This document shows positions 44,791 to 55,605 of a stretch of 64,000 nucleotides of DNA, in pieces. Source of the stretch: Candidatus Bipolaricaulota bacterium (GTDB lineage Bacteria > Bipolaricaulota > Bipolaricaulia > RBG-16-55-9 > DRXL01); NCBI GenBank assembly GCA_025061735.1, contig JANXAU010000004.1, positions 1,643 to 65,642 on the forward strand. Reading direction: 5' to 3'. Positions within the stretch are counted from its first letter, which is position 1, and each line of letters starts with the position of its first letter. Both the position numbers and the translations under genes were made by a program. Under the pieces are notes generated by a model. That model ran no database searches, had not been told where the DNA came from, and was given only the letters and a program-made list of their open reading frames with translations.

Positions 44791-45486
44791 GTGAAACCGA
44801 AGATTCTCATCGTTGAGGACGAAGAACAGCTCGCGCAAGCGATTGCGCTCTACTTGCGCAATGCGGGCTTTCTCACGGAGATCGCCCTCGACGGCCAAAC
44901 GGCGCTAGAAGCCGTCCAGAAAGAACCGCCGGACTTGATCGTGCTCGATCTGATGCTGCCCAAGGTAGACGGGTGGGAGGTCTGCCATCGCATCCGGAAA
45001 GACTCGCAGATCCCGATCATCATGCTGACGGCGCGCGTGGGCGAGCCTGCGCGGATCCAAGGGCTAGAGCTGGGAGCCGACGATTATCTGGAAAAGCCCT
45101 TCAGCTTGAGAGAGCTGGTCGCCCGCATTCAGGCCGTCTTGCGACGCTCCGCCAAAGCCGCTCCACGTCATCTCGTCAACGGGGCCCTCGTCGTAGATGT
45201 AGAGAAGCGCGAGGTGCGCTACGGGCACAAACAGATCGATCTGACGCGCAGCGAATTTGATCTATTGGTGACGCTGATGCAGCATCCGGGACGGGTCTTC
45301 TCACGGTTACAGCTTCTAGAAGCGATTCAGGGAACGACCGCTGATAGCTTTGATCGCGCGATTGATTCGCACATCAAGAACTTGAGAAAAAAGATAGAAC
45401 CCGACCCGAAGCACCCTCAACTGATTCTGACCGTCTATGGCGTGGGGTATCGCTTTCGCAAGCCGCCCGAGGGGGGCCAAGAATGA
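44791..45486 (+). CDS. OmpR-family response regulator
   Basis: A GTG start follows a TATAAT box (44773-44778). The receiver domain has KILIVEDEE, a DLIVLDLMLP phospho-Asp and a KPF motif. The winged-helix output domain has GYRF at the C-terminus. Confidence 0.9.
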   Translation: MKPKILIVEDEEQLAQAIALYLRNAGFLTEIALDGQTALEAVQKEPPDLIVLDLMLPKVDGWEVCHRIRKDSQIPIIMLTARVGEPARIQGLELGADDYLEKPFSLRELVARIQAVLRRSAKAAPRHLVNGALVVDVEKREVRYGHKQIDLTRSEFDLLVTLMQHPGRVFSRLQLLEAIQGTTADSFDRAIDSHIKNLRKKIEPDPKHPQLILTVYGVGYRFRKPPEGGQE

Positions 45487-46847
45487 GAGCTTTCTGGCAC
45501 CGACTCCCGTTTAAGTATCAGCTATTAGGGGCGCTGGCGCTGGTGACCCTGGTGGCCGTGAGCGTTGTCTATCTCTTGGCTGATCAAGCGATCCAGACGC
45601 GCTTTACGGAATTTCGGGGGCGGGCCGGAGCTGCCCAAGCGCGGCACCTGCGCTACTTGCTCTCGGAATACTACGCCCGCTACGGCAGTTGGCAGGGCCT
45701 GCACCAGCTCTTGAACGCTCCGGGGAGAGACCAACGCTTGGAGCCCCCCTTGGTGATTGCAGATGCTGAAGGGGTCATTGTAGTCAGTGACGAAGAGCAG
45801 CTGTTGGGCCAGCAGCTCTCCCCCGAAGACCTAGCGCTAGGGATGCCTATCTGGTACAGGGGCGAGCGCGTAGGTACGCTCTTCGTGCGCCCGCCGCCTC
45901 GGGTGCTGACGCCGCTGGAGCAGCAGTTTGCGCAGTCTGTGCAAAGCGCGATCTTGCTTGCTGGTGGTGTAGCGCTGATCGTAGCGTTTGTCTTGGGGAC
46001 GGTGTTGATGCGCCGTCTCGCGCAGCCCTTGACGGAATTGCGCAACGCCGCAGAACAGATCGCCCAAGGACACCTAGAGACCCGGGTCAACGTCTCAGAG
46101 AGCGACGAGCTGGGGCGCTTGGGGCAGGCGTTCAATGCGATGGCCCAGAGCTTGCACCGTTCGGAGCACTTGCGACGCCAGATGGTGCTCGACATCGCCC
46201 ATGAGCTTCGCAACCCGTTGATGATTCAGCAGAGCCATTTGGAGCTGTTGCTCGACCGCGTGACGGAGCTGACGCCGCAACAGATCGAGACGATCTATCA
46301 GCAGAATCTGCTGTTGGGGCGCTTGGTGCGCGATTTGCAACTGCTTGCGCTGGCCGATGCCGGCGAGCTGCCTGTCGAGCGCGCTCCGCTCTCGTTAGCC
46401 GAAGTCCTTCAGAGCGTCTCAGATCAAATGGCTCCGGCCCTCCAAGAGAAAGAGATAACGCTGCAGATGAGGGGTTCATCTCAAGAGCTGATCGTCTATG
46501 GGGATCGCCAGCGCTTGGAACAAGTCTTGATGAATTTGCTAGAGAACGCGCGGTGCTATACGCCCATCGGTGGCACGATCAGAGTATCTGCGACTGCTCA
46601 GGGTAGTGAAGCACTCGTCTCGGTCGAAGACAGCGGACCGGGGATCTCCCCCGAAGATCTGCCCCATCTGTTTGATCGCTTCTATCGTGGGGACAAATCC
46701 CGCGCGCGGGCCAGCGGCGGGACGGGGCTAGGTCTGGCGATCGCTAAAGCGCTCGTAGAGGCGCACAACGGCAAGATCTGGGCCGAGAACCTTCCCAACG
46801 GAGGAGCACGATTCTCGTTCACCCTGCCCCTAGCTCTCAAAAGCTGA
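45483..46847 (+). CDS. Sensor histidine kinase (transmembrane sensor, HAMP, HisKA, HATPase_c)
   Basis: Two transmembrane helices flank a periplasmic loop. The H-box is IAHELRNPL, the N-box LLENARCYT, the G-boxes DSGPGI and GGTGLGLAI. It overlaps the response-regulator stop. Confidence 0.9.
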   Translation: MRAFWHRLPFKYQLLGALALVTLVAVSVVYLLADQAIQTRFTEFRGRAGAAQARHLRYLLSEYYARYGSWQGLHQLLNAPGRDQRLEPPLVIADAEGVIVVSDEEQLLGQQLSPEDLALGMPIWYRGERVGTLFVRPPPRVLTPLEQQFAQSVQSAILLAGGVALIVAFVLGTVLMRRLAQPLTELRNAAEQIAQGHLETRVNVSESDELGRLGQAFNAMAQSLHRSEHLRRQMVLDIAHELRNPLMIQQSHLELLLDRVTELTPQQIETIYQQNLLLGRLVRDLQLLALADAGELPVERAPLSLAEVLQSVSDQMAPALQEKEITLQMRGSSQELIVYGDRQRLEQVLMNLLENARCYTPIGGTIRVSATAQGSEALVSVEDSGPGISPEDLPHLFDRFYRGDKSRARASGGTGLGLAIAKALVEAHNGKIWAENLPNGGARFSFTLPLALKS

Positions 46848-46898
46848 CAGCAGATTTCAGTTGTCAGCTTCACGTCAAAGAGTGCGAATAAGAACTAC

Positions 46899-46927
46899 TT
46901 GTCTTAGGCAGCGCGCACGGCTATAAT
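46899..46927 (+). promoter_or_regulatory. Sigma70-type promoter for the copper-monooxygenase operon
   Basis: TTGTCT (46899-46904), a 17-nt spacer, then a perfect TATAAT (46922-46927), 24 nt upstream of the ATG at 46951. Confidence 0.45.
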
Positions 46928-46950
46928 GGCCTCCAACGCGAGGTGAGGCT

Positions 46951-48390
46951 ATGAAAAAATGGAGCGTGGTTGGGCTTGTTGCGCTGTTGGGCATCGCCGG
47001 AGGGCTGTCGGGATACTTGATAGCGGCCAGCAGTCAGGCTCAGACTCCCGTTACGTACTACAGTCATATCGCGGGCATACTGGAGCGCAATTGTCTCAAT
47101 TGTCATAGTGCCGGGGGCGTGGCGCCCTTCTCGCTGGAAGACCCCCAGAGGGTCGTGCGCATGGCCGCGGCGATCAAATACGTCGTCGAGAACGATATTA
47201 TGCCCCCGTGGCCGCCCGGCCCCCTCTCGCCCCCGATGCTCGACGAACGGAGGCTCTCGCCCGAAGAGAAAGAGCTGATCTTGCGCTGGGTGGCCTCCGG
47301 AGCGCCCCTGGGCGATCCCAGTCAGCGCCCCCCAAGCTCGCCTCCTCCGCGCCCCAGCGAACGCACCCCCGATCGCGTCGTCATCATGGACCCGCCCTAT
47401 CTGCCCAATAAAGCCCGTTCCGATGACTATCGCTGCTTCTTGCTCGATCCCCAACTAGAACGCGATACGCTCGTCACGGGCTATCGGGTCTATCCGGGGC
47501 AGAAGAGCTTGGTGCATCACGTGATTCTCTTTGTCATCGGCCCCGATGCCGTATCGGCTGCCGAGGCGCGCGACCGCGCCGAGCCGGGTCCGGGCTGGAC
47601 GTGCTACGGCGGCCCCGGCCTCAGCGGTGTTGGAGCGAACGCGCTCTCTAACAGCCTGGGCTTCTGGGTCCCTGGCACCGATGGCACCGACTTCCCCCAC
47701 AAGAGCGCCAGGCTCTTGCGGGCCGGCTCCCGAATCGTAATGCAAGTGCATTATCACACCGCGCACGTCACCCAGAACTCTTACGACGCTACCAAAGTTC
47801 ATCTCTTCTTAGCCCCTGAAGGCGCCTCGCTCATCCCCCTCCAAGGGATGATCCTCGCCGCTCCCGTTGAGATCCGCTGCCCGGGCCCCTATCCCAGCGA
47901 TCCCAACGATCCGTGCCACCGCGAAGCGGCGATGCGCCGCGCCGAACCCGACTTCGCCCTACTCTCTGACGCGATCCATCAGATCTGCGGCACGACTGTG
48001 CAAGAGTACCTCCGGCGCGACATCGGCGACGGCAGCGCGCAACGCACCCAGTGCGACTTCCGCGTGCGCCAGAACGGCTTGGCGTTGGGGGTCATCAGCC
48101 ACATGCACATGCGCGGCACGGCCACGCGCATCGAGCTGAACCCCGACACCCCACAAGCCAAGATTCTGTTAGATATCCCGCGCTGGGACTTCAACTGGCA
48201 GGGGAACTATTGGTTCCAAGAGCCGATCCCCCTCAAGGCCGGGGATCGCGTGCGCATCGTCTGCGTCTATGACAACAGCCGAGCTATTATGGGTCCAGAC
48301 CGTCAGATGGTGCCGCCGCGCTATATGATCTGGGGCGAGGGCACGTTAGACGAGATGTGCTTGGGAGGGGTAGCGTTCATCCGACAGTGA
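46951..48390 (+). CDS. Secreted fusion protein: PSCyt1-type cytochrome c domain + copper type II ascorbate-dependent-monooxygenase-like (PHM/DBH-like) domains
   Basis: It has a signal peptide. CLNCHSAGGVAPFSL...IMPPWPP is CxxCH haem-binding plus the MPP motif of the planctomycete-type cyt c domain. His clusters match the PHM CuH/CuM layout (LVHHVILF, HYHTAH, SHMHMRG) with a downstream Met (LDEMCLGG). Confidence 0.65.
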   Translation: MKKWSVVGLVALLGIAGGLSGYLIAASSQAQTPVTYYSHIAGILERNCLNCHSAGGVAPFSLEDPQRVVRMAAAIKYVVENDIMPPWPPGPLSPPMLDERRLSPEEKELILRWVASGAPLGDPSQRPPSSPPPRPSERTPDRVVIMDPPYLPNKARSDDYRCFLLDPQLERDTLVTGYRVYPGQKSLVHHVILFVIGPDAVSAAEARDRAEPGPGWTCYGGPGLSGVGANALSNSLGFWVPGTDGTDFPHKSARLLRAGSRIVMQVHYHTAHVTQNSYDATKVHLFLAPEGASLIPLQGMILAAPVEIRCPGPYPSDPNDPCHREAAMRRAEPDFALLSDAIHQICGTTVQEYLRRDIGDGSAQRTQCDFRVRQNGLALGVISHMHMRGTATRIELNPDTPQAKILLDIPRWDFNWQGNYWFQEPIPLKAGDRVRIVCVYDNSRAIMGPDRQMVPPRYMIWGEGTLDEMCLGGVAFIRQ

Positions 48391-48409
48391 CAAGAAGGGA
48401 GGTGAGAGA

Positions 48410-48790
48410 ATGAGAAGGACGCTGGTGGGGTTGGCTTTTTTCGCGTTGGTGATGGGAACGGTCTACTCGCAGGACGACGCGCAGCAGCCGATGCCCCCGG
48501 GACTGCGAGCGATCTCGGTGACGGTCGATGGACAGTATATCTGGCTGCCCAGCACGATCATTCTCTACGCCGGCGAGACGGTGAGACTGCGCATTGAGAA
48601 TCAAGATCAGCTCACGCCCGAAGGGCACGGCTTCGCCATGCCGGGATTGTTGCCGGCCCCCATCGCCTTGCGCCCCGGCGAGGTCCGCGAGATAGAGTTC
48701 ACCCCCGAACGCCCCGGCGTCTATCGCTACTTCTGTCACCTTCACGGGGAGTTTCATCTCAGCGGCCAAGTCTTGGTCTTGAGCAGATAG
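48410..48790 (+). CDS. Cupredoxin-like small copper protein
   Basis: It has a signal peptide. The C-terminus YRYFCHLHGEFHLSGQVLV shows a cupredoxin-type Cys/His ligand cluster, with an upstream His (PEGHGF). It is 126 aa. Confidence 0.55.
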   Translation: MRRTLVGLAFFALVMGTVYSQDDAQQPMPPGLRAISVTVDGQYIWLPSTIILYAGETVRLRIENQDQLTPEGHGFAMPGLLPAPIALRPGEVREIEFTPERPGVYRYFCHLHGEFHLSGQVLVLSR

Positions 48791-48808
48791 TTCTCAAAAG
48801 GAGGGGTT

Positions 48809-49993
48809 ATGACGCGCCGAGAGTTTCTCGCAGTGAGCGGCGGAGTCGGAGCGGCTCTGCTCGTAGGCGGGCCAGAGCGGAACAGATCGTTGAGTGCGGC
48901 ACAACAGCCCATCCCCGGAAAAGAAGACATGATCGTTCACTCGATCAATCCCAGCATCTTGGAGACGAAGCTGCCCTATCTGAGATCCTTCATCACGCCC
49001 AATAAGCACTTCTACGTGCGCTCGCAATATCCGACGCCGACGATTGACTTGAGCAAATGGCAGCTCTCGGTCGAGGGCGAGGTCGAACGGACGCTGACGT
49101 TCAAATTCGACGATCTGAAGCAATTTGAAGAGGTGACCCTGACGACGTGGCTCCAGTGCTTTGGCAACGGGCGCTCGTTCTTCGTCCCTCGGGCTACGGG
49201 GACGCCTTGGCGCTACGGAGCGATTGGGCAAGCCGTCTGGAAGGGCATTCGCATGCGCGATCTCTTGCTAAGAGCAGGGCTGAAAGTGGGAGCCAAGCAC
49301 GTGGCCTCTCAAGGCTACGACGACCCGCCCGAAGGGGCCGAGCCGTTCATCCGCAGCATCCCCCTAGAAAAAGCGCTCGATCCCAACACGCTCTTGGTCT
49401 ACGAGATGAACGGCGAACCGTTGCCGCTGCTCAATGGCTATCCGTTGCGCTTGCTTGTCCCCGGCTGGGGCGGCTCAGCAAGCGTCAAATGGCTAAGAAG
49501 AATCATAGTCACCAAAGAGGAGTGGCCGGGGCGCTTCATGCAGCAGGCCTATCGCGTGCCGGTGATCCCCACCGAGCCAGGAGCGCGAGTCGACCCGCGC
49601 GATATGGTCGCGGCGACGCGCCAGCCCGTCAATTCGTTCTTCACTAGCCACGCTGGGGGCGAGACCCTCAAGGCCGGCGAGGTCGTGCTCACGGGGATCG
49701 CTTATTCAGGCGAGACCGGGATTGATCTCGTCGAGGTCTCGGTAGACGGCGGCAAGAGCTGGCAACCGGCGACGATCACGCAACCAAGACCGGGGACTCC
49801 CCCCGCCCAAGCCGTCTGGATGTGGCATCACTGGGAGTATCGCTGGCGAGCTACATCCGGCAAGCATACGCTCCTCTGCCGCGCCCGCGACTGGCTCGGC
49901 CGAACCCAGCCCACCCACCAACGCGACATCCCCTGGAACCCCCTAGGGTATAACTACAACGCCGTGCAGAGCATCGAAGTCACGGTAGAGTAG
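48809..49993 (+). CDS. Tat-exported sulfite-oxidase-family molybdopterin oxidoreductase
   Basis: MTRREFLAVSGGVGAALLV is a twin-arginine signal. The Mo-co binding core (TLTTWLQCFGNGRS...PWRYGAIGQAVWKG) contains the conserved Cys (CFGN). A C-terminal dimerisation domain is present. Confidence 0.8.
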   Translation: MTRREFLAVSGGVGAALLVGGPERNRSLSAAQQPIPGKEDMIVHSINPSILETKLPYLRSFITPNKHFYVRSQYPTPTIDLSKWQLSVEGEVERTLTFKFDDLKQFEEVTLTTWLQCFGNGRSFFVPRATGTPWRYGAIGQAVWKGIRMRDLLLRAGLKVGAKHVASQGYDDPPEGAEPFIRSIPLEKALDPNTLLVYEMNGEPLPLLNGYPLRLLVPGWGGSASVKWLRRIIVTKEEWPGRFMQQAYRVPVIPTEPGARVDPRDMVAATRQPVNSFFTSHAGGETLKAGEVVLTGIAYSGETGIDLVEVSVDGGKSWQPATITQPRPGTPPAQAVWMWHHWEYRWRATSGKHTLLCRARDWLGRTQPTHQRDIPWNPLGYNYNAVQSIEVTVE

Positions 49994-50077
49994 ACCGACA
50001 GATTCTAAACGGATGGACGGAGGAAGTCATGTCCTCCGTTCATCCGTGGTGCCGATCCCTTGGCCGATTCGTTTTAC

Positions 50078-50134
50078 TTGACAGCTTGGTTGGTCTTTGG
50101 TATATTATTAGCAGACTGATCAGGTGATTGCTAA
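50078..50134 (+). promoter_or_regulatory. Sigma70 promoter (TTGACA-17-TATATT) followed by a CIRCE inverted repeat (HrcA operator) overlapping the hrcA start
   Basis: TTGACA is at 50078-50083 and TATATT at 50101-50106. TTAGCA-gactgatcaggtgat-TGCTAA (50108-50134) has the CIRCE arm spacing (arms TTAGCAnnn/nnnTGCTAA, 15 nt between core hexamers). The ATG lies at 50134-50136. Confidence 0.7.
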
Positions 50135-51168
50135 TGGATCAGCGGAAGCGTCTGATTCTGAAAGAGATTGTGGATTACTATATCAAGACGGGCGAGCCGG
50201 TCAGCTCGCAGACGCTCTTAGAGAAATACAACTTGTCGCTCAGCTCGGCGACGATCCGCAACGAGATGAAAGACCTAGAGAAGATGGGCTACCTGAAGAA
50301 ATCTTGGAGCTCGTCGGGGCGTCTGCCGACGGCCAAAGGGATTCGTTTCTTTGTAGACTGGCTCTTAGAGCTGAGCGAGCTCTCCCATCGTCCGCAGCAT
50401 GCGCTGTTGGAAGCCTACGGCTTCCAGCGGCTGCGACTGGACGATCTCTTCCAGCAGACGGCCTTTCTCTTGGCCAGCCTGACGGGGCATCTGGGCTTTG
50501 TCTTGGCCCCCCGTCTGGAGGAGACCGAGCTGGAGGCCATTTCGCTCACCAAGCTCGACGATCATTACGCGCTGGCGATCCTCATCACGAACCTTGGGAT
50601 CGTCGAGTCCAAGATCATCAAGACCGCTCTGCCCTCGGAGTATCTTGCCAAGGTCGCACGCCTTCTGAATCGTCAGCTGCGCGGACGGCGCCTGGGCGAG
50701 CTGAGCCGCGAGATCGCGCACGAGATCGAAGGATGGAGCGACCCTATCACCCAAGATGCCTTTTTACTGTTGAGGGAGATCCTCCGGCCTCAGCGGCCGC
50801 ACCGGCAGCTCTACCTAGAAGGTCTGCCTCAGTTGCTCCGCGCCGTCTTGACGTGGGAGTCGGCCCTGGAGGAGGTGCGTCGGCTGCTGAGCCTGCTGGA
50901 GGACGAAGCCCGCTTGGCCGAGATCATCCGCGCGAGGCGAGCAACTAGGGAGGGAGGAATCAGCGCGCTGATCGGCGAGGAGAGCGGGCTGCGCGAGCTG
51001 GAACGCTACAGTCTTATCTATCTGGACTACGGCTACGGCGGCGCGTTGGGGCTTTTGGGCCCTCTGCGGATGGATTACAGCCGCAGCATCTCGACGACCC
51101 AATATATCGGGAATCGCCTGCGGGCGATCCTCTCCGTCTCGCGCCGACGTCCCGAGGAGGTGAAGTAG
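50134..51168 (+). CDS. hrcA: Heat-inducible transcription repressor HrcA
   Basis: The N-terminus MDQRKRLILKEIVDYYIKTGEPVSSQTL is an HrcA winged-helix. Length is about 345 aa. It is the first gene of the hrcA-grpE-dnaK-dnaJ array. The ATG at 50134 was preferred over the TTG at 50128. Confidence 0.9.
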   Translation: MDQRKRLILKEIVDYYIKTGEPVSSQTLLEKYNLSLSSATIRNEMKDLEKMGYLKKSWSSSGRLPTAKGIRFFVDWLLELSELSHRPQHALLEAYGFQRLRLDDLFQQTAFLLASLTGHLGFVLAPRLEETELEAISLTKLDDHYALAILITNLGIVESKIIKTALPSEYLAKVARLLNRQLRGRRLGELSREIAHEIEGWSDPITQDAFLLLREILRPQRPHRQLYLEGLPQLLRAVLTWESALEEVRRLLSLLEDEARLAEIIRARRATREGGISALIGEESGLRELERYSLIYLDYGYGGALGLLGPLRMDYSRSISTTQYIGNRLRAILSVSRRRPEEVK

Positions 51169-51170
51169 CG

Positions 51171-51704
51171 ATGTCGGAGGCCCAACCGACCGAGAAGCTC
51201 ACCGACTTGCAAGAACAGCTCCAGGCCAAGGACCAGCAGCTCAAAGAGCTGACGGAGCGCTTGCAGCGCTTGCAGGCCGATTTTGACAACTACCGCAAGC
51301 GCCTCGCTCGCGAGCAAGAGGAGCTGTTTCGTCGCATGGAAGATCAGATCATCCTGGAGATCTTGCCGCTGTATGACAACATGGAGCGGGCGTTTCGCAG
51401 CTTCAACAAGAACCAAGACCGCGAGTCGTTCGTCGAGGGGATGGAGCGCATCTTCGCGCAGTTTCATGCGTTCTTAGAAGGGCGTGGGGTGCGCCCCATC
51501 TCAGCCATAGGAGAACTCTACGATCCGGCGCTGCATGAGGCCCTGATCACCGTAGAGGTCACCGACGATAGCGGTGGTAAGGTCTTGGAGGAGTTCGAGC
51601 GCGGCTATCTGCGTGCGGGGCGGCTGCTAAAGCCCAGCAAGGTCAAGGTGGGCAAGCGCAAGGAGCCCACCTCTCCGCCTGCAGAGCAGGCGGCCCATTC
51701 TTAA
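51171..51704 (+). CDS. grpE: Nucleotide exchange factor GrpE
   Basis: A coiled-coil N-terminus precedes the conserved ADFDNYRKR motif. It is 177 aa. Confidence 0.9.
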   Translation: MSEAQPTEKLTDLQEQLQAKDQQLKELTERLQRLQADFDNYRKRLAREQEELFRRMEDQIILEILPLYDNMERAFRSFNKNQDRESFVEGMERIFAQFHAFLEGRGVRPISAIGELYDPALHEALITVEVTDDSGGKVLEEFERGYLRAGRLLKPSKVKVGKRKEPTSPPAEQAAHS

Positions 51705-51725
51705 ACCCAAAAGGAGGGAATCGCT

Positions 51726-53579
<1,854 letters not shown>

Positions 53580-53618
53580 CAGAACCCTAACGAAAACCGA
53601 AGAAGAGAAGGAGACGGC

Positions 53619-54713
53619 GTGGCCAAGAAGGACTATTACACGGTGCTAGGGGTAGCCCGCAACGCCTCCCAAGAGGAGATCAAGAAGGCGTTTCGTCAGC
53701 TGGCCAAGAAGTACCATCCCGACAAGGGGGGCGACCCGGAGAAGTTCAAGGAGATCGCCGAGGCTTACGAAGTCCTCAGCGACCCAGAAAAGCGCGCGCA
53801 GTACGATCATTTCGGGCATGTAGGCCCGGAGCAGCGCTTCGACTTCGACCTGCGGGATTTTCGCCGCGCCCGCGAGGCGTTTGAGGAGTTTGGGTTTGGA
53901 TCGGCGTGGGAGGATATCTTTGACGCGTTCTTTGGGGAGGGGCTGCGCACGCGCCAGACGCGCGAGCGTCGCCGCAGCCGCGCCCAACGAGGCGAAGACC
54001 TAGAATATCGGCTGCGCATCAATTTAGAAGACGCGGCGTTTGGGACGCAGATGAAGCTCACCGTGCCGCGCCAGGTCCTCTGCCCAGAATGCGACGGTCA
54101 GGGGATGGCCCCCGGTTCGGGGCGCATCCGGTGCGAGGTCTGTGGCGGACGCGGCGAGCTCCACTACCGCCAGCAGACGCTCCTGGGGAGTTTTGTGAAT
54201 ATCCGCACGTGCGAGCGCTGCCAAGGAACCGGAGAACTCATCGAGAGACCCTGCTCGCGCTGTCATGGCACGGGAAGGGTGAAGACCGAGAGCCAGCTCT
54301 CGGTGAAGATCCCGCCGGGGGTGGACACCGGCTCGCGGCTGCGCCTGGCCGGGGAAGGAAACGCAGGGACGGAGGGCGGCCCACCGGGAGATCTCTACAT
54401 CGTCGTCGAGGTCCGCCCCCATCCGATCTTTCAGCGCCGTGGCGATGACATCTATGTCGAACTGCCCATTCGATTCACGCAAGCGGTGCTGGGGGCCAAG
54501 GTCAAAGTCCCCACGCTCGACGGCGAAGAGACGTTAGAGATCCCATCCGGCACCCAACCGGGCGAGACCTTCCGTCTGCGCGGCAAAGGGATTCCTCACC
54601 TACAGGGCTGGGGTAAGGGCGATCAGTACGTCGTCGTCAAGATAGAGGTGCCCAAGACCGTCAGCAAGCGCGCTCAAGAGCTGCTGCAACAGCTCGACCA
54701 AGAGCTAAGATAA
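53619..54713 (+). CDS. dnaJ: Molecular chaperone DnaJ
   Basis: A J-domain (KDYYTVLGV...KYHPDK) is followed by a Gly/Phe region, four CxxCxGxG zinc-finger repeats and a C-terminal domain. Confidence 0.95.
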   Translation: MAKKDYYTVLGVARNASQEEIKKAFRQLAKKYHPDKGGDPEKFKEIAEAYEVLSDPEKRAQYDHFGHVGPEQRFDFDLRDFRRAREAFEEFGFGSAWEDIFDAFFGEGLRTRQTRERRRSRAQRGEDLEYRLRINLEDAAFGTQMKLTVPRQVLCPECDGQGMAPGSGRIRCEVCGGRGELHYRQQTLLGSFVNIRTCERCQGTGELIERPCSRCHGTGRVKTESQLSVKIPPGVDTGSRLRLAGEGNAGTEGGPPGDLYIVVEVRPHPIFQRRGDDIYVELPIRFTQAVLGAKVKVPTLDGEETLEIPSGTQPGETFRLRGKGIPHLQGWGKGDQYVVVKIEVPKTVSKRAQELLQQLDQELR

Positions 54714-54720
54714 TATAGCG

Positions 54721-55605
54721 ATGGATATGACGCTGGATCTTGGTTCATTGGCGCTGGCGTTGGGGGCGGGGGTGGTGGCGTTTCTCAACCCGTGTGGGTT
54801 CGTGCTCCTGCCCTCTTACATAGCCCATTATTTAGGAAGTCGAGAATCGGGTCCTAGGTCTTGGTGGGCGCAAGGCCAACGAGGCTTGCTCGTGGGCCTC
54901 ACGGTGAGCGTGGGCTTCTTCACGGTCTTCATCGCCCTAGGGGCGATCATCGCGCTCTTGGGGACTGCCGTGGGAGGGTATCTGCCGTGGGCGGCTGTGG
55001 CGGTTGGCGTCGGGCTGATCCTGCTAGGCGTGCGGACGCTCTGGGGGCCACCCCCTGAGTTGGTGTCCGTGTCATGGGCGGGGCGTCTCACCGCCGGACG
55101 CCAAGAGTCGTCGCTGAAATTTTATTATCTCTACGGGATCAGCTACGCGCTCGCGTCGAGCGGGTGCACGCTGCCGATCTTTATGATCTACGTGATCGGC
55201 CCGGCTCTGGCGTCGGGGGTGCTCTCCGGGTTTGTCAATTTTGTCGCGTATGCGTCGGGGATGACGCTGATGATGCTTCTGCTCTCGCTCAGCCTGGCGT
55301 TCTCCAAAGGGGGCTTGGACAGAGATATGCCGATACGTTGGGCGTTGGCGGGGCTTGGTCTCTCTTTGGCGGCTCTCATGGGTGTCGTGTGGCTGCAGCC
55401 GGACGGCTTGAGCGCCCGCTGGCTGCTTTCGATCTATAGCGAGAACTCCTTGCTCTTCTTGGTGTTAGGCCCCGCGTTGGTCTTGATGCTGCTGTTTCAA
55501 TGGTGGCGCTGGGAGCGCAGCGTGCGCTGGCTCAATGGGCTGATCTTGATCCTTGCGGGTGGGTATCTAATCTACTATCAATTCAAGACCGGGCTGCTCA
55601 TGTGA
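54721..55605 (+). CDS. Cytochrome c biogenesis/thiol-disulfide transporter CcdA/DsbD-family membrane protein
   Basis: Polytopic, with the conserved Cys pair in the transmembrane helices (FLNPCGF in TM1 and ASSGCTLP in TM4). Confidence 0.65.
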   Translation: MDMTLDLGSLALALGAGVVAFLNPCGFVLLPSYIAHYLGSRESGPRSWWAQGQRGLLVGLTVSVGFFTVFIALGAIIALLGTAVGGYLPWAAVAVGVGLILLGVRTLWGPPPELVSVSWAGRLTAGRQESSLKFYYLYGISYALASSGCTLPIFMIYVIGPALASGVLSGFVNFVAYASGMTLMMLLLSLSLAFSKGGLDRDMPIRWALAGLGLSLAALMGVVWLQPDGLSARWLLSIYSENSLLFLVLGPALVLMLLFQWWRWERSVRWLNGLILILAGGYLIYYQFKTGLLM

